DNA of 63,713 nucleotides, filler included, from Octopus bimaculoides (lineage: Eukaryota), in the NCBI RefSeq assembly GCF_001194135.2. It is 4 parts of 4 records of this genome, joined end to end, with 100 filler letters (N's around TTAATTAATTAA, not from the genome) between each part and the next. Parts side by side here need not be neighbours in the genome. Positions count along the whole stretch, not along the records: positions 1 to 28,067 come from NC_068988.1; 3 more parts are not named here. The stretch is one strand, 5' to 3'. Below the pieces are notes generated by a model. It worked only from the letters and a program-made list of their open reading frames with translations, did no database searches and was not told the DNA's origin. Below are positions 1 through 11,889 of this stretch, piece after piece. The translations under genes and the position numbers were made by a program. The stretch's first letter is position 1; each line of letters opens with the position of its first letter.

Positions 1-99
1 ACCTACTCCTTTACTGCATACTGAGCAGGGCCATCTACCTGAAGGGGTTTGTGTTTTATCTACCTTCCTACTTATTAGATGTATATATATATATATATC

Positions 100-302
100 A
101 TTCGCCATGATAGATCACTAGCCACTACACATTCTTTATTTTCTCTATTTTCTCTCCTTGTTTCTTTCTGTGTTCCTTTCTGTGGAAGAGCGTAGGCTCG
201 AAATGTTAAAGACTTTTTCACTTCCCAAGTGTTAAACTAATACATCTGTTTGTTGTCTACACCACCTGTCTTTGTCTTTTATTTTTTTGTGAATTCTCCC
301 TA
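100..302 (+). mobile_element. ~200-bp Penelope-like/retrozyme-like non-autonomous element with a hammerhead-like motif, set in a (TA)n tract
   Basis: Bounded by (TA)n on both sides. Contains CTTT-CTGTGGA-A-GAGC-GTAG-GCTC-GAAA-TGTT-AAAG (176-211) and a T-rich tail similar to those at 18.7, 52.9 and 56.4 kb. Confidence 0.65.
176..211 (+). ncRNA. Minimal type I hammerhead-like motif, variant core CUGUGGA
   Basis: Manual fold: stem I CTTT/AAAG, stem II GAGC/GCTC with GTAG loop, GAAA, GUU triplet. Confidence 0.5.
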
Positions 303-852
303 TATATATATACAGCTCTCACTCTCCAATCCTGTCCTCACAGCCCTGTTCCTCTGTATCAATGCTATCTAGTAGCCCCTCCAACTCTATATATACCGAG
401 GTCTTTCACAACTTACTTGCACTCCCTTCGCCATATCCTGTCACTTATGTTATGGCACTTGAACCTCAAGGCATGCCCTGGCACTTGCCAACATCTATAT
501 CTCTCTCTTCTTTTACTCAACCACCTTATTTATACTCTGATCCCTGTTCCTTGTGAGTATACCTGTCATTTTGCCACCATCTCCATCCTGCAGTCTCCCA
601 CACTCTCTCTCTCTCTCTCTCCTTCTCCTGCACTTCCCTCAGGTTTGGCAACCATGTATTTTCTTTGTGGTAGCACACTTGTTTCTGTCTTCCTTCCTGA
701 CCTTTCTCTCTCCGGCCAGGTGACCTTGTACTTCCTCTACAGTAAGACACCTGTATCTGTCTCACTATAACCTTTTCATCATCATCTCCTCCAATACCGC
801 TTCCCATCTTAAAGGTTTTTGTCTTGCAAGTACTTGGTGGCCCTGTCAGTGC

Positions 853-1177
853 AGGTGCCACTTAAAAAGCTTCCAGTCCACACTGTAAAGTGGTTGGTGT
901 TTGGAAAAGCATCCAGCTTTAAAAACCTTACCAAAACTGACCTCGCCTGCGCTTGTGCCACATAACAAGCACTAAGTCCACTCTGCTGAGTGGTTGGTGT
1001 TTGGCAGGACATCCAGCAGTAAAAACCTTACCAAAACTGACCTTGCCTATGATTCTGCTATGTAAAAAGCACTACTCACTTCGCCTGTGCTTGTGCCACA
1101 TAAAAAGCACTAAGTCCACTCTGCTGAGTGGTTGGTGTTTGGCAGGACATCCAGCAGTAAAAACCTTACCAAAACTG
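853..1177 (+). repeat. Tandemly reiterated segment of an RTE-LINE 3' UTR family
   Basis: gtggttggtgtttgg..catccagc..aaaaaccttaccaaaactgac occurs three times at ~100-135 bp spacing and runs into a gap. Confidence 0.65.
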
Positions 1178-1444
1178 NNNNNNNNNNNNNNNNNNNNNNN
1201 NNNNNNNNNNNNNNNNNNNNNNNNNNNNNNNNNNNNNNNNNNNNNNNNNNNNNNNNNNNNNNNNNNNNNNNNNNNNNNNNNNNNNNNNNNNNNNNNNNNN
1301 NNNNNNNNNNNNNNNNNNNNNNNNNNNNNNNNNNNNNNNNNNNNNNNNNNNNNNNNNNNNNNNNNNNNNNNNNNNNNNNNNNNNNNNNNNNNNNNNNNNN
1401 NNNNNNNNNNNNNNNNNNNNNNNNNNGTTAAATGATGGTGATGA

Positions 1445-1486
<42 letters not shown>

Positions 1487-2057
1487 TGTTTTATTGTGAG
1501 AGACATTTGAAAGTCATTTTCATGATACAAAAAAGAAGGCTGCATGCTCTCATTTATAAACCTATAATTCATTTTGGAAACAAAGAAGAAACAAAGAAAC
1601 AAACACCTTCAAAATGTCATGAAACTGTCTGATAATGTTAATAATATACAAATGGAAATTATTAACTTGAAAATAAATTTATAATTTAAAATGAAATCTG
1701 ATGAAGTTCCTTTGCTTCCAAATTGTGTTGATATGATTTATATCTGGCAAACATTATGTTGGGAAAATTTTTCAAAAGTAAGAAATTTATTCCAGAATTA
1801 TAACTGTCATTTCAGGATGACATATAGATGTAAATAGAGATTTTCTATGGCGAAAATGATAAAAGACAAAACAAAAGAAAAATAAATAAATAAAAACCAA
1901 AACGAAACAAAGTCATTACTGACTGATTTGAATTTGATGAGCTTTCTACAGCTCTCAGTAATTAATTTAGCTCAGTAACTGATTTAACTAATTTAGTATT
2001 TTTCATACATATATTTATTCATTCATTCATTCTTTCATCACCACTACCACCATCTCC

Positions 2058-2088
<31 letters not shown>

Positions 2089-2379
2089 ACACCATCATCA
2101 TCATCATCATCATCAACAACAACAACACCATCATCATCATCTTCCTCGTCATAATTATCCCTCCATTACCCCCCCCCCACCACTACTAACACTATTGAAC
2201 TCTACTTTGAGCAAGAAAAATGTTGATTACTCTCCAAGCTCACCAGAAGAATTGTGATGAAGTTGATCAGGGACAAAAATCACATTTTCATAAGGATTGG
2301 AATAAAGCTTGAATGGAAACTTAAAGTTTCATTTCAAAGTGCCAGGGACAATCCTGGCTGAAATCCTACCTGTTAGGTA

Positions 2380-3328
2380 TCAAGAATTGTTTCTCTTTTT
2401 CCTCAACCCTCTTCCTGATTGCAGCACAAGCTTTCTTAATGAATTCCTCATCAATGTCTTCCATCCACATCCTACAGATGGAGTTTTTGAGGGTTTGAAG
2501 GTTACTGTGAGGTTTCTCACGAACTTTCCTGACCAGTTCATTCCAGATGCTGAAATCTAAAGGGTTCAAATCAGGTGATGAAAGGGAGTCAGTCTCTCAG
2601 CCTTTTCAAATATAATCAATGGCATCTCCTTACCATCAGAGGCCATGCAGGCAAAAATCATCACCACGGCAGGGTTTTTGCACCCAAAAATGATATTGTT
2701 GTTTCTCTTGTGAGGATCTGAAGCAAAGACACGACTGTTGCATCTGTCTGTGTATGTGTCTTGGGTGAAATTCTTCTCGTCTGTGTAAAAGATCACTCCA
2801 GGATTATGTTTCACTATGTTCAGGATGATCTTCACCCTCTCTAACCTTCTAGACTTTTGTCCTGGAGTAACATGGTGCCTCACAGGTTTCATGTATGATT
2901 TCATTTCCAAGTCTTCTGTCACTACTCTTTGGACTATCATAGCTGAAACTGCTCTCTCATGTGCGAAGCATCTTATGAATTGAGTTGGATCTCTTCTGAT
3001 TGATCTCTTCTGATTGATCTCTTCAGCTCCAGGCTGAAATGATGATCCCTCTTGCAGTTATGACCTCCTGATCCAGTTTTTCACTCCACTATTCCCTCTT
3101 TCTCAAATTTATTCACAATTCTCTTGATGGTTCAGAAATGGATTTTGAAGATTGAAGCCAGAGAATGAACGTTGGTACCATTACTGAAAGCCTGGATGAT
3201 CTTAGCTCTTTCAACATTGCTCAGTTAGGAAGAAATGGTGAGGCTGGCACAAAACGATTTCAATCTGTTCTCTTTCTAGCAAAATATCTCGAATGGGTAT
3301 TTCATTGATTCTTACAAAAACTGGTGTC
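2380..3328 (-). pseudogene. Degraded Tc1/mariner (maT/DD37D-like) transposase with an internal deletion
   Basis: Minus-strand peptides VVTEDLEMKSY, IFYTDEKNFT, KNPAVVMIFACMASDG and (S)PDLNPLDFSIWNELVRKV. The segment with the second catalytic D is missing; frameshifts and stops present. Confidence 0.8.
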
Positions 3329-4036
3329 NNNNNNNNNNNNNNNNNNNNNNNNNNNNNNNNNNNNNNNNNNNNNNNNNNNNNNNNNNNNNNNNNNNNNNNN
3401 NNNNNNNNNNNNNNNNNNNNNNNNNNNNNNNNNNNNNNNNNNNNNNNNNNNNNNNNNNNNNNNNNNNNNNNNNNNNNNNNNNNNNNNNNNNNNNNNNNNN
3501 NNNNNNNNNNNNNNNNNNNNNNNNNNNNNNNNNNNNNNNNNNNNNNNNNNNNNNNNNNNNNNNNNNNNNNNNNNNNNNNNNNNNNNNNNNNNNNNNNNNN
3601 NNNNNNNNNNNNNNNNNNNNNNNNNNNNNNNNNNNNNNNNNNNNNNNNNNNNNNNNNNNNNNNNNNNNNNNNNNNNNNNNNNNNNNNNNNNNNNNNNNNN
3701 NNNNNNNNNNNNNNNNNNNNNNNNNNNNNNNNNNNNNNNNNNNNNNNNNNNNNNNNNNNNNNNNNNNNNNNNNNNNNNNNNNNNNNNNNNNNNNNNNNNN
3801 NNNNNNNNNNNNNNNNNNNNNNNNNNNNNNNNNNNNNNNNNNNNNNNNNNNNNNNNNNNNNNNNNNNNNNNNNNNNNNNNNNNNNNNNNNNNNNNNNNNN
3901 NNNNNNNNNNNNNNNNNNNNNNNNNNNNNNNNNNNNNNNNNNNNNNNNNNNNNNNNNNNNNNNNNNNNNNNNNNNNNNNNNNNNNNNNNNNNNNNNNNAC
4001 ACACACACATATATAAATATATATATATATACACAA

Positions 4037-4067
<31 letters not shown>

Positions 4068-4939
4068 CATACACACACACATATATATACCTGTGTACAC
4101 GCATACACACACAGTTGCACATAATTTTCTATGCATAAGTTATATAAAATGTATATGTACAAAAAAAATAGATAGATATATATACATATACACGTATGCA
4201 CATACACTTACACACACACACATGCGCACGTGTGTGGACATTACTAAGAAAGTGATGCAACTTTTAATTGCATTTCATTTTGATTTACCTGCATATATGC
4301 AATGGTTAGTAAAAAAACTGATACAGGTAAAAACTGCATTACTTTCTGACTCACCTTTGCACATACTAGTATGTATTAATATATAGTATCAGAAATGATG
4401 GAATTTTAAAAGAAAGAGTTAAAATGGTATTTATGAAATGCATCAATGTAACATATATTCCTTATATTTGATTTATACTAACACGTTAAGAATAATTGAA
4501 TTTTTATTGAAAATACTTTGAACGTTTAGATCTAAAGAGAATACATAAATTGTTTTAAAAATTTATTGAGGTGTAAAACAATAAAAAAAAACTTTATTTA
4601 ATAGTTAAAGATTTTTTCCATCATTTTATTAAACTGCTGGTGAGTCTGTGTCATAAAACATAGCAGCCATTCACACTAGTATTAATAATTGTTCATATTC
4701 ACGAATTATGCTGAACTCTGAGGAGTTTATTTGTCACAGTTTAGTTACTTTGGTTCGTATGCAAATGATATTACCAAGAAAAGCCCTTCAAAGTTTATGT
4801 CCCTAAAAGGAATTGAATTCATAGTTCTATTTGTTAGTTCTTTCACTGAACTGTGTGATAAGAAAAAATATAAACATATAAACAATAAATATAAAGGAAT
4901 AATTTAATTGAGCAGAAAAGACACTCAAGCATATTCTGA

Positions 4940-4986
<47 letters not shown>

Positions 4987-5022
4987 ATACATTGTATTAT
5001 ATATATATCTGTTTATATACAT

Positions 5023-5069
<47 letters not shown>

Positions 5070-5424
5070 ATAAATGTATATCTGTATGTATACATATATT
5101 ATATACCTATTTGAGTAACTTCCCTTCTATTCAACGGTTATTCATAGCGTCTATTGCCATTATTGGCCGACGAGAATGCATCATAGCTCTTTGCTCTCTA
5201 TCATCATCATCATTGTCGTTTAACGACTGCTTTCCATGCTGGCATGGGTTGGATGGTTTGACTGAGGGCTCCAAGGTCGAAATGACAACTTACTGATTGT
5301 ACTAAATTATACACACATATATAATAATCCTTTATTAACCTAATACCTAGATCTCATTCTTTTGTTGTCACTTTTTATTATTATTATTATTATCATATAT
5401 ATTTGTGTATATATACATATTTAC

Positions 5425-5519
<95 letters not shown>

Positions 5520-5869
5520 CATATATATATGTACATATGTATGTGTATATCTAAATGTATATTACGTAATATATATGTTTGTGAGTGTGTGTATACGTGT
5601 ATTTTCATTTTTCTTATTTATATTTGCTTTGCTTTATACATACATGCACACATAGACACATACACACATTAGACACATACATACATACATACATAAACAC
5701 ATTCATACATACATACATATGCATGCGTATAATTTCTTGCAGTGCAGGACAGGAAATAAATAAATTGAAACACTTTAATTTTTCTGGCATGAACTATTTC
5801 CATTTACTTTCAAGGCTTCAGCATTCAAATATATTTGTGTGTGGTGTGGCTTGTGAATATATGTGTGCA

Positions 5870-5906
<37 letters not shown>

Positions 5907-6902
5907 GTATGTGTGTGAGTACACATGTGTCTGAATATGTATGCATGCATTAGTATGTGTGTGTGTGTGTGTTAGTACACATGTGTATTATTTGATTGGA
6001 AATAGATTTTTCTCAAGGATGCCTGAATTAAAGGGGGAAAAATTTTCAAATTTTATTATNNNNNNNNNNNNNNNNNNNNNNNNNNNNNNNNNNNNNNNNN
6101 NNNNNNNNNNNNNNNNNNNNNNNNNNNNNNNNNNNNNNNNNNNNNNNNNNNNNNNNNNNNNNNNNNNNNNNNNNNNNNNNNNNNNNNNNNNNNNNNNNNN
6201 NNNNNNNNNNNNNNNNNNNNNNNNNNNNNNNNNNNNNNNNNNNNNNNNNNNNNNNNNNNNNNNNNNNNNNNNNNNNNNNNNNNNNNNNNNNNNNNNNNNN
6301 NNNNNNNNNNNNNNNNNNNNNNNNNNNNNNNNNNNNNNNNNNNNNNNNNNNNNNNNNNNNNNNNNNNNNNNNNNNNNNNNNNNNNNNNNNNNNNNNNNNN
6401 NNNNNNNNNNNNNNNNNNNNNNNNNNNNNNNNNNNNNNNNNNNNNNNNNNNNNNNNNNNNNNNNNNNNNNNNNNNNNNNNNNNNNNNNNNNNNNNNNNNN
6501 NNNNNNNNNNNNNNNNNNNNNNNNNNNNNNNNNNNNNNNNNNNNNNNNNNNNNNNNNNNNNNNNNNNNNNNNNNNNNNNNNNNNNNNNNNNNNNNNNNNN
6601 NNNNNNNNNNNNNNNNNNNNNNNNNNNNNNNNNNNNNNNNNNNNNNNNNNNNNNNNNNNNNNNNNNNNNNNNNNNNNNNNNNNNNNNNNNNNNNNNNNNN
6701 NNNNNNNNNNNNNNNNNNNNNNNNNNNNNNNNNNNNNNNNNNNNNNNNNNNNNNNNNNNNNNNNNNNNNNNNNNNNNNNNNNNNNNNNNNNNNNNNNNNN
6801 NNNNNNNNNNNNNNNNNNNNNNNNNNNNNNNNNNNNNNNNNNNNNNNNNNNNNNNNNNNNNNNNNNNNNNNNNNNNNNNNNNNNNNNNNNNNNNNNNNNN
6901 NN

Positions 6903-6958
<56 letters not shown>

Positions 6959-7463
6959 GGTATACAATTAAGTTTATAATAGTATATACACGTGTGTGTG
7001 TGTGTGCATGTATAAATATATATGCGCATATATGTTTATATATATATGATATGTACATATGTGTATACACATACACATTTGTACATTCATACAGAAAGAG
7101 AAAGAGAGATAATAAAAGAAATAGAAAGAGAGAGACGTGTGCGTGTGTGTTTTAGACACATACCCTCACACACAAGTGTGCACATGCATACATGCATGCA
7201 CACATACACACATATGCACGCAAACACACACAAACACGCACACACACATGCACATATGCTCATATACTTCTGTGTCCTTGTTTATGAGTTACATAATTTC
7301 TGAAAGAAGAAAACCAAGATTTTTTGTTTATGTTTCAACTCTCTTTTTTCTTTGTCTCTTGCTTCTTGTTTTTTTTTTATTCCTTTTTTTTTTCTACTTA
7401 TGCATGGAAAGTTGTATCTAGGTACCGTTGTGTGTGAGTGTTGTGCATATAGTGCCTACATAC

Positions 7464-7499
<36 letters not shown>

Positions 7500-7793
7500 A
7501 TATATATATTTATATATATGTAATATTTAATGTAATATATCATGTTCAGTTCTAATACTTTTTTACAGGTGGATATAACATGAGTTCATAAAGATGTTTT
7601 TACTCTGAGAATGTGTGTGTGTGTGTGTGTGTGTGTATGTGGGTGAGTGTGTATTTTTATCATTTATGCGCATGCATCCTAATATACAGACACTCATGCA
7701 TATTTATATAGATAGAGACACACAGAGAACTAGTTGGCGAGCTGGCTAGATAAAGACATATATATATATATATAGATAGATAGATATAGATAC

Positions 7794-7832
<39 letters not shown>

Positions 7833-7842
7833 GAATTGTATG

Positions 7843-8230
7843 TGGTCCTGTGGTGAAGAAGTTCACTTTGCAACCGAATTATGGTTTTTGGGTTCTGTCC
7901 TACTGTGCAGCAACTTAGCTAAATGTCTACTCCTGCAACCCAGTATTAACCAATATGTTGTGAGTGACTTGCGTAGATGGATTCGTGCATAAGACATTGG
8001 TCAGCATGGACATAAAATAGGTGACTCTTGGTCATATGTATGCATGGTAGTGTGTGTGTGTGTGTGTGTGTCCTTGCATTACCATAAGTGTTTTACCATT
8101 TGCTTAGGAAATTAGCAGAAAGTGTCCAATAATATAATACTTCAAAAATATTTGCTGGGGTGGAATTAATTGTATAAACTCTTTGAGGTGATGCCTCAGC
8201 ATGACCACTGTCCAATAACTGAAAGAAATA
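7843..8230 (+). mobile_element. Diverged copy of SINE family A (tRNA-like head, CORE-like centre, internal microsatellite)
   Basis: Diverged match to the family A head and tail seen at 10.2, 22.2 and 36.5 kb. Confidence 0.5.
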
Positions 8231-8277
8231 ATATGATAATAAAAGATTAGTTTTATCACTCAATGTATAATATAAGA

Positions 8278-8400
8278 TGTACTGGCAGAATTGTTAGCAT
8301 GCTGGGCAAAATGCTTAGTGACATTTTCTCTGTCTTTATGTTCAGAGTTCAAATTCCACCAAGGTCAACTTTGCCTTTTTGTCCTTTCGAGGTCTATAAA
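8278..8400 (+). mobile_element. SINE family C fragment
   Basis: ctggcagaattgttagcatgctgggcaaaatgcttag...caactttgccttttgtcctttcgaggtc matches the copies at 33.6-34.2 kb. Confidence 0.65.
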
Positions 8401-8401
8401 A

Positions 8402-8900
8402 GTGGTTCAGATGTTTTCAAGATGGTCGAAAATATGTCGGTATTGATGAACGTTCTGCGAGACACACAACCAGCAGAACTGAGAAAACATTGCAGATGTG
8501 CATGCAGTTGTGAGGGGAAATCATCAAATCACCATCTGTGAGTTATCAGAGAATGTGCAGATTAGTTATGGTTCAGTTCAGTCTATTATCCTGAAGATTT
8601 GGAGATGAAACACGTGTCAACCAAGTTTGTGCCAAAACTGCTTTCAGCTGACCAAAAGAGCACTCAGGCTTCAGTTGCTCAAGATCTCTTTGATTGTGCT
8701 GATAATGACGAACACATTTTGAAAACTTTGCGTAGACCTCAAAGCAGATATTGCCAAGCTTTTGGCAAAATTTCATGCAGATCCTCCGCTCAACTTTCTC
8801 TGTCATGGTCAATGTGATGATCACATGCTACACACCTTCCTTCCAAGCACTGCTGATGTAAGCTAGAACGTTAAATCTTAGTGCGCATGCACAGCAAAGT
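8402..8900. pseudogene. Rearranged mariner transposase fragments in opposite orientations
   Basis: Plus strand 8402-8730: WFRCFQDGR...DERS and DLEMKHVSTKFVPKLLSADQK. Minus strand ~8740-8810: N-terminal MTEKVERRICMKFCQKLG. Confidence 0.7.
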
Positions 8901-8976
8901 TCAAGGTCAATCTGTGCCATGTGGCTTCACTCTCCCTGCTTTAGATTCTTTACTAGATACTTATTGATCAGACCAC

Positions 8977-9012
<36 letters not shown>

Positions 9013-9133
9013 ATTAGTCAAAGGACATACTAAGTATGTCTACCTGATGGAAATAACAGTCAAAACTCTTATTTAAATCGGCAAAATAATATCTTTGCAA
9101 ATTATTTTCCTGTGAATTATTTGCTCTGTATTG

Positions 9134-9168
<35 letters not shown>

Positions 9169-9999
9169 NNNNNNNNNNNNNNNNNNNNNNNNNNNNNNNN
9201 NNNNNNNNNNNNNNNNNNNNNNNNNNNNNNNNNNNNNNNNNNNNNNNNNNNNNNNNNNNNNNNNNNNNNNNNNNNNNNNNNNNNNNNNNNNNNNNNNNNN
9301 NNNNNNNNNNNNNNNNNNNNNNNNNNNNNNNNNNNNNNNNNNNNNNNNNNNNNNNNNNNNNNNNNNNNNNNNNNNNNNNNNNNNNNNNNNNNNNNNNNNN
9401 NNNNNNNNNNNNNNNNNNNNNNNNNNNNNNNNNNNNNNNNNNNNNNNNNNNNNATATATATACATATATATATATATACATATATATATATATTTCATAG
9501 ATAATGATATATCCATATATATCTTTTTTTCCATATATGACTCGAGCAAATGTCATATCACACAACATCCAGGCTGTGTGAGATGAGAGTGTGCATACCA
9601 ATCCATGGACAGTGCACAGTCCTGTGTCCTACATAAGTTCGTGAACTTATGACCTGCAAACCTGCCCACCAAGAGGTTACAGAAAAAAAAAATGCCCAGT
9701 GACAGATTGATTGCATTATAAAAATACTACAATACAAGAAGAGTAAAAGAATAGAGAGTATCATTATTGATTTCCTGGTAGCAAGCTGACAGAATAGTTA
9801 GAATGCTGGATAAAACGCTTGGTGGCATTTTGTTCATCTTTATTCTGTGAGGATTTTAATGAAACAAATTTTCATTCTTAGCTGCTCTAACTACCAAATA
9901 AAGTTAATTGAGAACATGAGGATTATTCAGTCTATTTATTACTTAAGGTACATTTAGACAAAATATTGCTTATATGTATATGTATATATATGTGTGTGT

Positions 10000-10203
10000 T
10001 TGTGTGTCTGTATTTGTCCACCAACATCACTTGACAACCGATGCTGGTGTGTTTATGTCCCCATAACTTAGCAGTTCGCCAAAAGAAACCGATAGAATAA
10101 GTACTAGGCTTACAAAGAATAAATCCTGGGGTCGATTTGCTCGACTAAATGCGGTGCCCCAGCATGGCTGCAGTCAAATGACTGAAACAAGTAAAAGAGT
10201 AAA
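10000..10203 (+). mobile_element. SINE family A, 3' half
   Basis: cacttgacaaccgatgctggtgtgtttatgtcccc...ggggtcgatttgctcgactaa...cagtcaaatgactgaaacaagtaaaagag. Confidence 0.8.
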
Positions 10204-10214
10204 GTGTATATATA

Positions 10215-10661
10215 TTCTTTTATTCTTTTTCATGTTTTAGTCATTTGACTGCGGCCATGCTGGAGCACCACATTTAGTCGAACACATCAACCTCAAGACT
10301 TATTCTTTCTAAGCCTAGTACTTATTCTATCGGTCTCTTAGCTGAACTGCTAAGTTATGGGGACCTAAACACACCAACATTGGTTGTCAAGTGATTGTGG
10401 CAGTACAAACACACACACACACACACACTCACACACAAGCATATACCCCCCACACACACAAACATACCCACATACACACACATATTTATATATATGTACG
10501 ACAGGCTTCTTTCAGTTTCCGTCTACCAAATCCACTCACAAGGCTTTGCTCGGCCCAAGGCTATAGCAGAAGACACTTGCCCAAGGTGCCACACAGAGGC
10601 ACTGAACCTTGAACCATGTGGTTAGGGAGCAAGCTTCTTACCGCACAGCCACACCTGTGCC
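10215..10661 (-). mobile_element. SINE family A, near full length
   Basis: Minus strand reads head ggctgtgcggtaagaagcttg...ggttcaaggttcag, CORE-like ggcaccttgggcaagtgtcttc, internal microsatellite, then the family tail. Confidence 0.85.
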
Positions 10662-10966
10662 TCATGTCAAAATTATTTTCATGGGTTTGTCCTAAATGTC
10701 CATGTTTGTTTTCAGAATTTGAGGTAGTCCTTGTTTAATTTGTTCTTAGTAATATACAGGTTTGCTTTCATAAGTTCCAATTTATTCTGGCTGGAAGTTG
10801 GAGAAAATTGAGAATGCATATTTATAAATGATGCATGGACGCTAGGGAAAATATGTCCTGCGTGTAACATGTGATGCACAGGAGAAGGAAAGGGTTAAGA
10901 CAACTGAATATGATTTGGAGATTTGGCTGCTATTTCTAGCAGAATGTGAGACTATAGAGACCCCCT

Positions 10967-10997
<31 letters not shown>

Positions 10998-11425
10998 TCC
11001 AAAACCACCATCACCGCCACCACCACAGCAGCCACTGCCACCACCACCATCACCGCCACCACCACTGCCACTACACAACTTTAAAAAATTATGTATACTT
11101 AGCGATGTGGATAATTGAGATTTTGTAAGTGGTAATTTTAAAAGTCCCAAGTAAAGAAAAATTCATTAAAAAAAAAATATATATACATTTACAAATGTAA
11201 TTTAATCACTGAATCCATGAATAATTATAATGAGATTAATTTATGATGTGATTATGCATGCATTATTGTAGGGAATACATCAATTTCCTTTACACTCTTC
11301 CTGAAATTAGTAATGGCTAATTGTCTGGTGCTGTTTATTTATGGAGAAAACTTAAATTTCAGTAAAAACAAATATAGTGATGTCATTAATTCTGTGTGTG
11401 GATGCACACACATATAGATATATGA

Positions 11426-11456
<31 letters not shown>

Positions 11457-11461
11457 CACAC

Positions 11462-11790
11462 ACATCATCATCATTTAATGTCTGTTGTCTATGCTGGCAT
11501 GGATTGGATAGTTTGGCTGGGGCTGGCAAGCTGAAAGGCTACACCAGACTCCAGTCTGATTTAGCATGGTTTCTATGGTTGGATGCCCTTCATAATGCCA
11601 ACCACTCCGAGAGTGTAATGGTTGGTTTTGTGTGTTACCAGCATGGGTGCCATTTGCATGACATTGGTATCTGTAATGACTGCGATTTTGCTTGGCTTGA
11701 TGGGTCTTCTTCTCAAGCATGACATAATGCCAAAGGTCATGGTCATTGCCTCTGTGAGGCCCAACATTCGAAAGGTGATTTTTACGTGAC
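11462..11790 (-). mobile_element. 3' end of an RTE-clade LINE (last codons, 3' UTR, (GAT)n tail)
   Basis: Minus-strand peptide LRMLGLTEAMT..DLWHYVMLEKK, then a UTR with aagggcatcc...ccatgccagcat..acattaaatgatgatg. This UTR family recurs across the window. Confidence 0.7.
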
Positions 11791-11889
11791 ACCAGCATCA
11801 GCCATGATTATGATTTCACTTGGCTCTAGATGGTAAATGTTATTTTCATTTCATTCCTTTCGAAATTTTATCCCTAACAGTAGTTGTAG

